From assembly GCF_009914755.1 (NCBI RefSeq), contig NC_060933.1: a stretch of DNA of 64,000 bases, one strand, 5' to 3'. Both the position numbers and the translations under genes were made by a program. The stretch is from the human T2T-CHM13v2.0 reference genome, Homo sapiens. The notes beneath the pieces are model-generated. The model saw only the letters and a list, made by a program, of their open reading frames with translations, searched no databases and was not told the DNA's origin. Shown piece after piece: positions 51,901 to 64,000 of the stretch; positions within the stretch are counted from its first letter, which is position 1, and every line of letters begins with the position of its first letter.

Positions 51901-54900
51901 AACTGAACATTCCCTTTCATAGAGCAGGTTTGAAACACTCTTTCTGTAGTATCTGCAAGCTGACGTTTCAAGCGCTTTCAGGCCTATGGTGAGAAAGGAA
52001 ATATCTTCAAGTAAAAACTAGACAGAAGCATTCTCAGAAACTTATTTGCGATGTGTGTTCTCAACTAACAGAGTTGAACCTTTGTTTTGATATGGCATTT
52101 TGGAAACACTCTTTTTGTAGAATCTGCAGGTGGATATTCGGATAGCTTTGAAGGTTTCGTTGGAAACGGGAATATCTTCATATAAAATCTAGACGGAAGC
52201 ATTCTCAGAAACTGCTTTGTGATGTTTTCATTCAAGTCACAGAGTAGAATGTTCCCTGTTATATACCAGGTTTGAGACACTCTTTCTGCACTACCTGGAA
52301 GTGGACATTTGCAGCGCTTTGAGGCCTATGATGAAAAAGGAAATATCTTCCCATAAAAACTAGACAGAAGCATTCTCAGAAACTTGTTTGTGATGTGTGT
52401 ATTCAACTAACAGAGATGAACCTTTCTTTTTACAGAGCAGTTTTGAAACACTCTTTTTGTGGAATCTGAAAGTGGATATTTGGATAGCTTTGAGGATTTC
52501 GTTGGAAACGGGATTACATATAAAATCTAGAGAGAAGCATTCTCAGGAACTTCTTTGTGATGTTTGCATTCACGTCACAGAACTGAACATTCCCTTTCAT
52601 AGAACATGTTTGAAACACTCTTTCTGTAGTATCTGCAAACGGACATTTCAAACGCTTTCAGGCCTATGGTGAGAAAGGAAATATCTTCAAATAAAAACTA
52701 GACAGAAGCATTCTCAGAAACTTATTTGCGATGTGTGTCCTCAACTAACAGAGTTGAACCTTTCTTTTGATACAACATTTTGGAAACACTCTTTTTGTAG
52801 AATCTGCAAGTGGATATTTGAATAGCTTTGAAGGTTTCGTTGGAAACGGGAATATCTTCATATAAAATCAAGACAGAAGCATTCTCAGAAACTTCTCTGT
52901 GATGTTTGCCTTCAACTCATAGAGTTGAACACTTCCCTTCATACAGCAGGTTTGAAACACTCTTTTTGTAATATTTGGAAGTGGACATTTGCAGCGCTTT
53001 GAGGCCTATGATGAAAAAGGTAATATCTTCCCATAAAAACTAGACAGAAGCATTCTCAGAAACTTGTTTGTGATGTGTGTATTCAACTAACAGAGATGAA
53101 CCTTTCTTTTTACAGAGCAGTTTTGAAACACTCTTTTTGTGGAATCTGAAAGTGGATATTTGGATAGCTTTGCGGATTTCGTTGGAAACGGGATTACATA
53201 TAAAATCTAGGGAGAAGCATTCTCAGGAACTTCTTTGTGATGTTTGCATTCAAGTCACAGAACTGAACATTCCCTTTCATAGAGCAGGTTTGAAACACTC
53301 TTTCTGTAGTATCTGCAAGCGGACGTTTTAAGCGCTTTCAGGCCTGTGGTGAGAAAGGAAATATCTTCAAATAAAAACTAGACAGAAGCATTCTCAGAAA
53401 CTTATTTGCGATGTGTGTCCTCAACTAACAGAGTTGAACCTTTCTTTTGATACAACATTTTGGAAACACTCTTTTTGTAGAATCTGCAAGTGGATATTTG
53501 GATAGCTTTGAAGGTTTCGTTGGAAACGGGAATATCTTCATATGAAATCAAGACAGAAGCATTCTCAGAAACTTCTCTGTGATGTTTGCATTCAATTCAT
53601 AGAGTTGAACACTTCCCTTCATACAGCAGGTTTGAAACACTCTTTTTCTAATATTTGGAAGTGGACATTTGCAGCGCTTTGAGGCCTATGTTGAAAAAGG
53701 AAATATCTTCTCCTAAAAACCAGACAGAAGCATTCTCAGAAACTTCCTTGTGATGTGTGTACTCAAGTAACAGAGTTGAACCTTCCTTTTGACAGAGCAG
53801 TTTTGAAGCACTCTTTTTGTAGAATCTGCAAGTGGATATTTTGATACCATTGAGGATTTCGTTGGACACGGGATATCTTCATATAAAATCTAGACAGAAG
53901 CATTCTCAGAAACTTCTTTGTGCTGTATGTCCTCAATTAACAGAGTTGAACCTTTGTGTGGATACAGCATTTTGGAAACATTCCTTTAGTAGAATCTGCA
54001 AGTTGATATTTAGATAGCTAGGAAGAGTTCCTTGGAAACGGGAATATCTTCATATAAAATCTAGACGGAAGCATTCTCAGAAAGTGCTTTGTGATGTTTG
54101 CATTCAAGTCACAGAGTTGAATGTTCCCTTTTATAGAGCAGGTTTGAAACACTCTTTCTGCACTACCTGGAAGTGGACATTTGGAGCGCTTTGAGGCCTA
54201 TGTTGAAAAAGGAAATATCTTCCCATAAAAACTAGACAGAAGCATTCTCAGAAACTTGTTTGTGATGTGTGTATTCAACTAACAGAGATGAACCTTTCTT
54301 TTTACAGAGCAGTTTTGAAACACTCTTTTTGTGGAATCTGAAAGTGGATATTTGGATAGCTTTGAGGATTTCGTTGGAAACGGGATTACATATAAAACCT
54401 AGAGAGAAGCATTCTCAGGAACTTCTTTGTGATGTTTGCATTCAAGTCACAGAACTGAACATTCCCTTTCATAGAGCAGGTTTGAAACACTCTTTCTGTA
54501 GTATCTGCAAGCTGACGTTTCAAGCGCTTTCAGGCCTATGGTGAGAAAGGAAATATCTTCAAGTAAAAACTAGACAGAAGCATTCTCAGAAACTTATTTG
54601 CGATGTGTGTTCTCAACTAACAGAGTTGAACCTTTGTTTTGATATGGCATTTTGGAAACACTCTTTTTGTAGAATCTGCAGGTGGATATTCGGATAGCTT
54701 TGAAGGTTTCGTTGGAAACGGGAATATCTTCATATAAAATCTAGACGGAAGCATTCTCAGAAACTGCTTTGTGATGTTTTCATTCAAGTCACAGAGTAGA
54801 ATGTTCCCTGTTATATACCAGGTTTGAGACACTCTTTCTGCACTACCTGGAAGTGGACATTTGCAGCGCTTTGAGGCCTATGATGAAAAAGGAAATATCT

Positions 54901-56111
54901 TCCCATAAAAACTAGACAGAAGCATTCTCAGAAACTTGTTTGTGATGTGTGTATTCAACTAACAGAGATGAACCTTTCTTTTTACAGAGCAGTTTTGAAA
55001 CACTCTTTTTGTGGAATCTGAAAGTGGATATTTGGATAGCTTTGAGGATTTCGTTGGAAACGGGATTACATATAAAATCTAGAGAGAAGCATTCTCAGGA
55101 ACTTCTTTGTGATGTTTGCATTCACGTCACAGAACTGAACATTCCCTTTCATAGAGCATGTTTGAAACACTCTTTCTGTAGTATCTGCAAACGGACATTT
55201 CAAACGCTTTCAGGCCTATGGTGAGAAAGGAAATATCTTCAAATAAAAACTAGACAGAAGCATTCTCAGAAACTTATTTGCGATGTGTGTCCTCAACTAA
55301 CAGAGTTGAACCTTTCTTTTGATACAACATTTTGGAAACACTCTTTTTGTAGAATCTGCAAGTGGATATTTGCATAGCTTTGAAGGTTTCGTTGGAAACG
55401 GGAATATCTTCATATAAAATCAAGACAGAAGCATTCTCAGAAACTTCTCTGTGATGTTTGCATTCAACTCATAGAGTTGAACACTTCCCTTCATACAGCA
55501 GGTTTGAAACACTCTTTTTCTAATATTTGGAAGTGGACATTTGCAGCGCTTTGAGGCCTATGTTGAAAAAGGAAATATCTTCTCCTAAAAACCAGACAGA
55601 AGCATTCTCAGAAACTTCCTTGTGATGTGTGTACTCAAGTAACAGAGTTGAACCTTCCTTTTGACAGAGCAGTTTTGAAGCACTCTTTTTGTAGAATCTG
55701 CAAGTGGATATTTTGATACCTTTGAGGATTTCGTTGGACACGGGATATCTTCATATAAAATCTAGACAGAAGCATTCTCAGAAACTTCTTTGTGCTGTAT
55801 GTCCTCAATTAACAGAGTTGAACCTTTGTGTGGATACAGCATTTTGGAAACATTCCTTTAGTAGAATCTGCAAGTTGATATTTAGATAGCTAGGAAGATT
55901 TCCTTGGAAACGGGAATATCTTCATATAAAATCTAGACGGAAGCATTCTCAGAAAGTGCTTTGTGATGTTTGCATTCAAGTCACAGAGTTGAATATTCCC
56001 TTTTATAGAGCAGGTTTGAAACACTCTTTCTGCACTACCTGGAAGTGGACATTTGGAGCGCTTTGAGGCCTATGTTGAAAAATGAAATATCTTCCCATAA
56101 AAACTAGACAG

Positions 56112-56962
56112 AAGCATTCTCAGAAACTTGTTTGTGATGTGTGTATTCAACTAACAGAGATGAACCTTTCTTTTTACAGAGCAGTTTTGAAACACTCTTT
56201 TTGTGGAATCTGAAAGTGGATATTTGGATAGCTTTGAGGATTTCGTTGGAAACGGGATTACATATAAAACCTAGAGAGAAGCATTCTCAGGAACTTCTTT
56301 GTGATGTTTGCCTTCAAGTCACAGGACAGAACATTCCCTTTCATAGAGCAGGTTTGAAACACTCTTTCTGTAGTATCTGCAAGCTGACGTTTCAAGCGCT
56401 TTCAGGCCTATGGTGAGAAAGGAAATATCTTCAAGTAAAAACTAGACAGAAGCATTCTCAGAAACTTATTTGCCATGTGTGTTCTCAACTAACAGAGTTG
56501 AACCTTTGTTTTGATACGGCATTTTGGAAACACTCTTTTTGTAGAATCTGCAGGTGGATATTCGGATAGCTTTGAAGGTTTCGTTGGAAACGGGAATATC
56601 TTCATATAAAACCTTGACGGAAGCATTCTCAGAAACTTCTTTGTGCTGTATGTCCTCAATTAACAGAGTTGAACCTTTGTGTGGATACAGCATTTTGGAA
56701 ACATTCCTTTAGTAGAATCTGCAAGTTGATATTTAGATAGCTAGGAAGAGTTCCTTGGAAACGGGAATATCTTCATATAAAATCTAGACGGAAGCATTCT
56801 CAGAAAGTGCTTTGTGATGTTTGCATTCAAGTCACAGAGTTGAATGTTCCCTTTTATAGAGCAGGTTTGAAACACTCTTTCTGCACTACCTGGAAGTGGA
56901 CATTTGGAGCGCTTTGAGGCCTATGTTGAAAAAGGAAATATCTTCCCATAAAAACTAGACAG
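56112..56962 (+). repeat. 851-bp pentamer P, copy 3
   Basis: 56141 to 56992 spacing; junction ACCTTGACGG at 56611. Confidence 0.92.
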
Positions 56963-58834
56963 AAGCATTCTCAGAAACTTGTTTGTGATGTGTGTATTCA
57001 ACTAACAGAGATGAACCTTTCTTTTTACAGAGCAGTTTTGAAACACTCTTTTTGTGGAATCTGAAAGTGGATATTTGGATAGCTTTGAGGATTTCGTTGG
57101 AAACGGGATTACATATAAAACCTAGAGAGAAGCATTCTCAGGAACTTCTTTGTGATGTTTGCATTCAAGTCACAGAACTGAACATTCCCTTTCATAGAGC
57201 AGGTTTGAAACACTCTTTCTGTAGTATCTGCAAGCTGACGTTTCAAGCGCTTTCAGGCCTATGGTGAGAAAGGAAATATCTTCAAGTAAAAACTAGACAG
57301 AAGCATTCTCAGAAACTTATTTGCGATGTGTGTTCTCAACTAACAGAGTTGAACCTTTGTTTTGATATGGCATTTTGGAAACACTCTTTTTGTAGAATCT
57401 GCAGGTGGATATTCGGATAGCTTTGAAGGTTTCGTTGGAAACGGGAATATCTTCATATAAAATCTAGACGGAAGCATTCTCAGAAACTGCTTTGTGATGT
57501 TTTCATTCAAGTCACAGAGTAGAATGTTCCCTGTTATATACCAGGTTTGAGACACTCTTTCTGCACTACCTGGAAGTGGACATTTGCAGCGCTTTGAGGC
57601 CTATGATGAAAAAGGAAATATCTTCCCATAAAAACTAGACAGAAGCATTCTCAGAAACTTGTTTGTGATGTGTGTATTCAACTAACAGAGATGAACCTTT
57701 CTTTTTACAGAGCAGTTTTGAAACACTCTTTTTGTGGAATCTGAAAGTGGATATTTGGATAGCTTTGAGGATTTCGTTGGAAACGGGATTACATATAAAA
57801 TCTAGAGAGAAGCATTCTCAGGAACTTCTTTGTGATGTTTGCATTCACGTCACAGAACTGAACATTCCCTTTCATAGAGCATGTTTGAAACACTCTTTCT
57901 GTAGTATCTGCAAACGGACATTTCAAACGCTTTCAGGCCTATGGTGAGAAAGGAAATATCTTCAAATAAAAACTAGACAGAAGCATTCTCAGAAACTTAT
58001 TTGCGATGTGTGTCCTCAACTAACAGAGTTGAACCTTTCTTTTGATACAACATTTTGGAAACACTCTTTTTGTAGAATCTGCAAGTGGATATTTGCATAG
58101 CTTTGAAGGTTTCGTTGGAAACGGGAATATCTTCATATAAAATCAAGACAGAAGCATTCTCAGAAACTTCTCTGTGATGTTTGCATTCAACTCATAGAGT
58201 TGAACACTTCCCTTCATACAGCAGGTTTGAAACACTCTTTTTGTAATATTTGGAAGTGGACATTTGCAGCGCTTTGAGGCCTATGTTGAAAAAGGAAATA
58301 TCTTCTCCTAAAAACCAGACAGAAGCATTCTCAGAAACTTCCTTGTGATGTGTGTACTCAAGTAACAGAGTTGAACCTTCCTTTTGACAGAGCAGTTTTG
58401 AAGCACTCTTTTTGTAGAATCTGCAAGTGGATATTTTGATACCTTTGAGGATTTCGTTGGACACGGGATATCTTCATATAAAATCTAGACAGAAGCATTC
58501 TCAGAAACTTCTTTGTGCTGTATGTCCTCAATTAACAGAGTTGAACCTTTGTGTGGATACAGCATTTTGGAAACATTCCTTTAGTAGAATCTGCAAGTTG
58601 ATATTTAGATAGCTAGGAAGATTTCCTTGGAAACGGGAATATCTTCATATAAAATCTAGACGGAAGCATTCTCAGAAAGTGCTTTGTGATGTTTGCATTC
58701 AAGTCACAGAGTTGAATATTCCCTTTTATAGAGCAGGTTTGAAACACTCTTTCTGCACTACCTGGAAGTGGACATTTGGAGCGCTTTGAGGCCTATGTTG
58801 AAAAACGAAATATCTTCCCATAAAAACTAGACAG

Positions 58835-59685
58835 AAGCATTCTCAGAAACTTGTTTGTGATGTGTGTATTCAACTAACAGAGATGAACCTTTCTTTTTAC
58901 AGAGCAGTTTTGAAACACTCTTTTTGTGGAATCTGAAAGTGGATATTTGGATAGCTTTGAGGATTTCGTTGGAAACGGGATTACATATAAAACCTAGAGA
59001 GAAGCATTCTCAGGAACTTCTTTGTGATGTTTGCCTTCAAGTCACAGGACAGAACATTCCCTTTCATAGAGCAGGTTTGAAACACTCTTTCTGTAGTATC
59101 TGCAAGCTGACGTTTCAAGCGCTTTCAGGCCTATGGTGAGAAAGGAAATATCTTCAAGTAAAAACTAGACAGAAGCATTCTCAGAAACTTATTTGCCATG
59201 TGTGTTCTCAACTAACAGAGTTGAACCTTTGTTTTGATACGGCATTTTGGAAACACTCTTTTTGTAGAATCTGCAGGTGGATATTCGGATAGCTTTGAAG
59301 GTTTCGTTGGAAACGGGAATATCTTCATATAAAACCTTGACGGAAGCATTCTCAGAAACTTCTTTGTGCTGTATGTCCTCAATTAACAGAGTTGAACCTT
59401 TGTGTGGATACAGCATTTTGGAAACATTCCTTTAGTAGAATCTGCAAGTTGATATTTAGATAGCTAGGAAGAGTTCCTTGGAAACGGGAATATCTTCATA
59501 TAAAATCTAGACGGAAGCATTCTCAGAAAGTGCTTTGTGATGTTTGCATTCAAGTCACAGAGTTGAATGTTCCCTTTTATAGAGCAGGTTTGAAACACTC
59601 TTTCTGCACTACCTGGAAGTGGACATTTGGAGCGCTTTGAGGCCTATGTTGAAAAAGGAAATATCTTCCCATAAAAACTAGACAG
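58835..59685 (+). repeat. 851-bp pentamer P, copy 4
   Basis: 58864 to 59715 spacing; junction ACCTTGACGG at ~59334. Confidence 0.92.
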
Positions 59686-62600
59686 AAGCATTCTCAGAAA
59701 CTTGTTTGTGATGTGTGTATTCAACTAACAGAGATGAACCTTTCTTTTTACAGAGCAGTTTTGAAACACTCTTTTTGTGGAATCTGAAAGTGGATATTTG
59801 GATAGCTTTGAGGATTTCGTTGGAAACGGGATTACATATAAAACCTAGAGAGAAGCATTCTCAGGAACTTCTTTGTGATGTTTGCATTCAAGTCACAGAA
59901 CTGAACATTCCCTTTCATAGAGCAGGTTTGAAACACTCTTTCTGTAGTATCTGCAAGCTGACGTTTCAAGCGCTTTCAGGCCTATGGTGAGAAAGGAAAT
60001 ATCTTCAAGTAAAAACTAGACAGAAGCATTCTCAGAAACTTATTTGCGATGTGTGTTCTCAACTAACAGAGTTGAACCTTTGTTTTGATATGGCATTTTG
60101 GAAACACTCTTTTTGTAGAATCTGCAGGTGGATATTCGGATAGCTTTGAAGGTTTCGTTGGAAACGGGAATATCTTCATATAAAATCTAGACGGAAGCAT
60201 TCTCAGAAACTGCTTTGTGATGTTTTCATTCAAGTCACAGAGTAGAATGTTCCCTGTTATATACCAGGTTTGAGACACTCTTTCTGCACTACCTGGAAGT
60301 GGACATTTGCAGCGCTTTGAGGCCTATGATGAAAAAGGAAATATCTTCCCATAAAAACTAGACAGAAGCATTCTCAGAAACTTGTTTGTGATGTGTGTAT
60401 TCAACTAACAGAGATGAACCTTTCTTTTTACAGAGCAGTTTTGAAACACTCTTTTTGTGGAATCTGAAAGTGGATATTTGGATAGCTTTGAGGATTTCGT
60501 TGGAAACGGGATTACATATAAAATCTAGAGAGAAGCATTCTCAGGAACTTCTTTGTGATGTTTGCATTCACGTCACAGAACTGAACATTCCCTTTCATAG
60601 AGCATGTTTGAAACACTCTTTCTGTAGTATCTGCAAACGGACATTTCAAACGCTTTCAGGCCTATGGTGAGAAAGGAAATATCTTCAAATAAAAACTAGA
60701 CAGAAGCATTCTCAGAAACTTATTTGCGATGTGTGTCCTCAACTAACAGAGTTGAACCTTTCTTTTGATACAACATTTTGGAAACACTCTTTTTGTAGAA
60801 TCTGCAAGTGGATATTTGCATAGCTTTGAAGGTTTCGTTGGAAACGGGAATATCTTCATATAAAATCAAGACAGAAGCATTCTCAGAAACTTCTCTGTGA
60901 TGTTTGCATTCAACTCATAGAGTTGAACACTTCCCTTCATACAGCAGGTTTGAAACACTCTTTTTGTAATATTTGGAAGTGGACATTTGCAGCGCTTTGA
61001 GGCCTATGTTGAAAAAGGAAATATCTTCTCCTAAAAACCAGACAGAAGCATTCTCAGAAACTTCCTTGTGATGTGTGTACTCAAGTAACAGAGTTGAACC
61101 TTCCTTTTGACAGAGCAGTTTTGAAGCACTCTTTTTGTAGAATCTGCAAGTGGATATTTTGATACCTTTGAGGATTTCGTTGGACACGGGATATCTTCAT
61201 ATAAAATCTAGACAGAAGCATTCTCAGAAACTTCTTTGTGCTGTATGTCCTCAATTAACAGAGTTGAACCTTTGTGTGGATACAGCATTTTGGAAACATT
61301 CCTTTAGTAGAATCTGCAAGTTGATATTTAGATAGCTAGGAAGATTTCCTTGGAAACGGGAATATCTTCATATAAAATCTAGACGGAAGCATTCTCAGAA
61401 AGTGCTTTGTGATGTTTGCATTCAAGTCACAGAGTTGAATATTCCCTTTTATAGAGCAGGTTTGAAACACTCTTTCTGCACTACCTGGAAGTGGACATTT
61501 GGAGCGCTTTGAGGCCTATGTTGAAAAACGAAATATCTTCCCATAAAAACTAGACAGAAGCATTCTCAGAAACTTGTTTGTGATGTGTGTATTCAACTAA
61601 CAGAGATGAACCTTTCTTTTTACAGAGCAGTTTTGAAACACTCTTTTTGTGGAATCTGAAAGTGGATATTTGGATAGCTTTGAGGATTTCGTTGGAAACG
61701 GGATTACATATAAAACCTAGAGAGAAGCATTCTCAGGAACTTCTTTGTGATGTTTGCCTTCAAGTCACAGGACTGAACATTCCCTTTCATAGAGCAGGTT
61801 TGAAACACTCTTTCTGTAGTATCTGCAAGCTGACGTTTCAAGCGCTTTCAGGCCTATGGTGAGAAAGGAAATATCTTCAAGTAAAAACTAGACAGAAGCA
61901 TTCTCAGAAACTTATTTGCCATGTGTGTTCTCAACTAACAGAGTTGAACCTTTGTTTTGATACGGCATTTTGGAAACACTCTTTTTGTAGTATCTGCAGG
62001 TGGATATTCGGATAGCTTTGAAGGTTTCGTTGGAAACGGGAATATCTTCATATAAAATCTAGACGGAAGCATTCTCAGAAACTGCTTTGTGATGTTTTCA
62101 TTCAAGTCACAGAGTAGAATGTTCCCTGTTATATACCAGGTTTGAGACACTCTTTCTGCACTACCTGGAAGTGGACGTTTGGAGCGCTTTGAGGCCTATG
62201 TTGAAAAAGGAAATATCTTCCCATAAAAACTAGACAGAAGCATTCTCAGAAACTTGTTTGTGATGTGTGTATTCAACTAACAGAGATGAACCTTTCTTTT
62301 TACAGAGCAGTTTTGAAACACTCTTTTTGTGGAATCTGAAAGTGGATATTTGGATAGCTTTGAGGATTTCGTTGGAAACGGGATTACATATAAAACCTAG
62401 AGAGAAGCATTCTCAGGAACTTCTTTGAGATGTTTGCATTCAAGTCACAGAACTGAACATTCCCTTTCATAGAGCAGGTTTGAAACACTCTTTCTGTAGT
62501 ATCTGCAAGCTGACGTTTCAAGCGCTTTCAGGCCTATGGTGAGAAAGGAAATATCTTCAAGTAAAAACTAGACAGAAGCATTCTCAGAAACTTATTTGCG

Positions 62601-64000
62601 ATGTGTGTTCTCAACTAACAGAGTTGAACCTTTGTTTTGATATGGCATTTTGGAAACACTCTTTTTGTAGAATCTGCAGGTGGATATTCGGATAGCTTTG
62701 AAGGTTTCGTTGGAAACGGGAATATCTTCATATAAAATCTAGACGGAAGCATTCTCAGAAACTGCTTTGTGATGTTTTCATTCAAGTCACACAGTAGAAT
62801 GTTCCCTGTTATATACCAGGTTTGAGACACTCTTTCTGCACTACCTGGAAGTGGACATTTGCAGCGCTTTGAGGCCTATGATGAAAAAGGAAATATCTTC
62901 CCATAAAAACTAGACAGAAGCATTCTCAGAAACTTGTTTTTGATGTGTGTATTCAACTAACAGAGATGAACCTTTCTTTTTACAGAGCAGTTTTGAAACA
63001 CTCTTTTTGTGGAATCTGAAAGTGGATATTTGGATAGCTTTGAGGATTTCGTTGGAAACGGGATTAAATATAAAATCTAGAGAGAAGCATTCTCAGGAAC
63101 TTCTTTGTGATGTTTGCATTCACGTCACAGAACTGAACATTCCCTTTCATAGAGCATGTTTGAAACACTCTTTCTGTAGTATCTGCAAACGGACATTTCA
63201 AACGCTTTCAGGCCTATGGTGAGAAAGGAAATATCTTCAAATAAAAACTAGACAGAAGCATTCTCAGAAACTTATTTGCGATGTGTGTCCTCAACTAACA
63301 GAGTTGAACCTTTCTTTTGATACAACATTTTGGAAACACTCTTTTTGTAGAATCTGCAAGTGGATATTTGAATAGCTTTGAAGGTTTCGTTGGAAACGGG
63401 AATATCTTCATATAAAATCAAGACAGAAGCATTCTCAGAAACTTCTCTGTGATGTTTGCATTCAACTCATAGAGTTGAACACTTCCCTTCATACAGCAGG
63501 TTTGAAACACTCTTTTTGTAATATTTGGAAGTGGACATTTGCAGCGCTTTGAGGCCTATGATGAAAAAGGTAATATCTTCCCATAAAAACTAGACAGAAG
63601 CATTCTCAGAAACTTGTTTGTGATGTGTGTATTCAACTAACAGAGATGAACCTTTCTTTTTACAGAGCAGTTTTGAAACACTCTTTTTGTGGAATCTGAA
63701 AGTGGATATTTGGATAGCTTTGCGGATTTCGTTGGAAACGGGATTACATATAAAACCTAGAGAGAAGCATTCTCAGGAACTTCTTTGCGATGTTTGCATT
63801 CAAGTCACAGAACTGAACATTCCCTTTCATAGAGCAGGTTTGAAACACTCTTTCTGTAGTATCTGCAAGCTGACGTTTCAAGCGCTTTCAGGCCTATGGT
63901 GAGAAAGGAAATTTCTTCAAGTAAAAACTAGACAGAAGCATTCTCAGAAACTTATTTGCGATGTGTGTTCTCAACTAACAGAGTTGAACCTTTGTTTTGA

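Larger units (their letters stand above)
53898..61770 (+). repeat. Near-triplication of a 2,723-bp 16-mer
   Basis: GAGTTCC at 54025, 56748, 59471; trimer markers at 55704, 58427, 61150; GGACAGAAC in copies 1 and 2 only. Confidence 0.9.
1..64000 (+). repeat. Centromeric alpha-satellite HOR array (SF2 dimeric type, active-array-like; best guess human chr9 D9Z4), extending beyond both window ends
   Basis: Continuous ~171-bp monomers, each carrying the alphoid motif AAGCATTCTCAG(A/G)AA (e.g. 651, 818, 989, 1160, 1331). CENP-B-box monomers alternate with pJalpha-like monomers. HOR copies are nearly identical by eye. All spacings in the ORF track are sums of 680, 512 and 851 bp (+/-1), leaving no room for an insertion. 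Alphoid identity is near certain; the chromosome assignment is from recollection of HOR sizes only (~0.6). Confidence 0.99.

Noticed and set aside
60-63902. Numerous repeated 60-91 aa ORFs (MYSTNRD..., MSQTWY..., MSNEILK..., MDILIP..., MLYPHK...)
   Set aside because: These are translations of satellite monomers recurring at HOR periodicity, mostly with non-ATG starts. Stops are gained and lost freely between copies, and there is no gene structure. They were used only as positional markers.
1-64000. CRISPR-like appearance (conserved AGAAGCATTCTCAGAAAC separated by variable sequence)
   Set aside because: The intervening ~150 bp are homologous to each other rather than unique spacers, there are no cas genes, and the sequence is alphoid.
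1-64000. Hidden insertion, inversion or transposon (L1/Alu) in the array
   Set aside because: All spacings resolve into 680/512/851-bp units within 1 bp, every monomer is in the same orientation, and I saw no poly(A) tail, target-site duplication or foreign sequence.
1-64000. A previously undescribed biological system, or a coded meaning in the A/B/C/T/P order
   Set aside because: The order is fully explained by nested duplications and out-of-register exchanges typical of centromeric HOR arrays; nothing requires a new mechanism.
1-64000. Firm chromosome assignment or a claim that this is the kinetochore (CENP-A/CDR) site
   Set aside because: Several SF2 arrays have 4/7/11/15-mer variants, so assignment needs an HMM or BLAST search. 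CENP-A occupancy and hypomethylation cannot be read from sequence.

Overview
The whole 64 kb is one uninterrupted, single-orientation array of primate (almost certainly human) centromeric alpha-satellite DNA: about 375 head-to-tail monomers of 167-171 bp, with a CENP-B box (NTTCGNNNNANNCGGGN) in roughly every second monomer and pJalpha-like boxes in the others. It is a highly homogeneous, active-type higher-order-repeat (HOR) array of the dimeric SF2 type. It is built from a 680-bp tetramer (167+171+171+171; three sequence types here called A, B, C), a 512-bp trimer T (170+171+171) and a derived 851-bp pentamer P. Trimer-to-trimer spacing gives HOR variants of 7, 11, 15, 19 and 23 monomers (1192+680n bp) plus a 16-mer (2723 bp). 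The 4-/7-/11-/15-mer structure fits chr9 D9Z4 best from memory; D8Z2 and D15Z3 are not excluded without a search. I see no genes, RNA genes, transposons, inversions or CRISPR arrays, and all listed ORFs are by-products of the repeat. I found no new biological system. What is of interest is the readable mutational history: nested tandem duplications (12,927, 4,595, 3,912 and 2,723 bp), chimeric units with mappable crossovers (two at or beside CENP-B boxes), a duplication junction carrying two point mutations, and the fact that two intact CENP-B boxes never sit in adjacent monomers.
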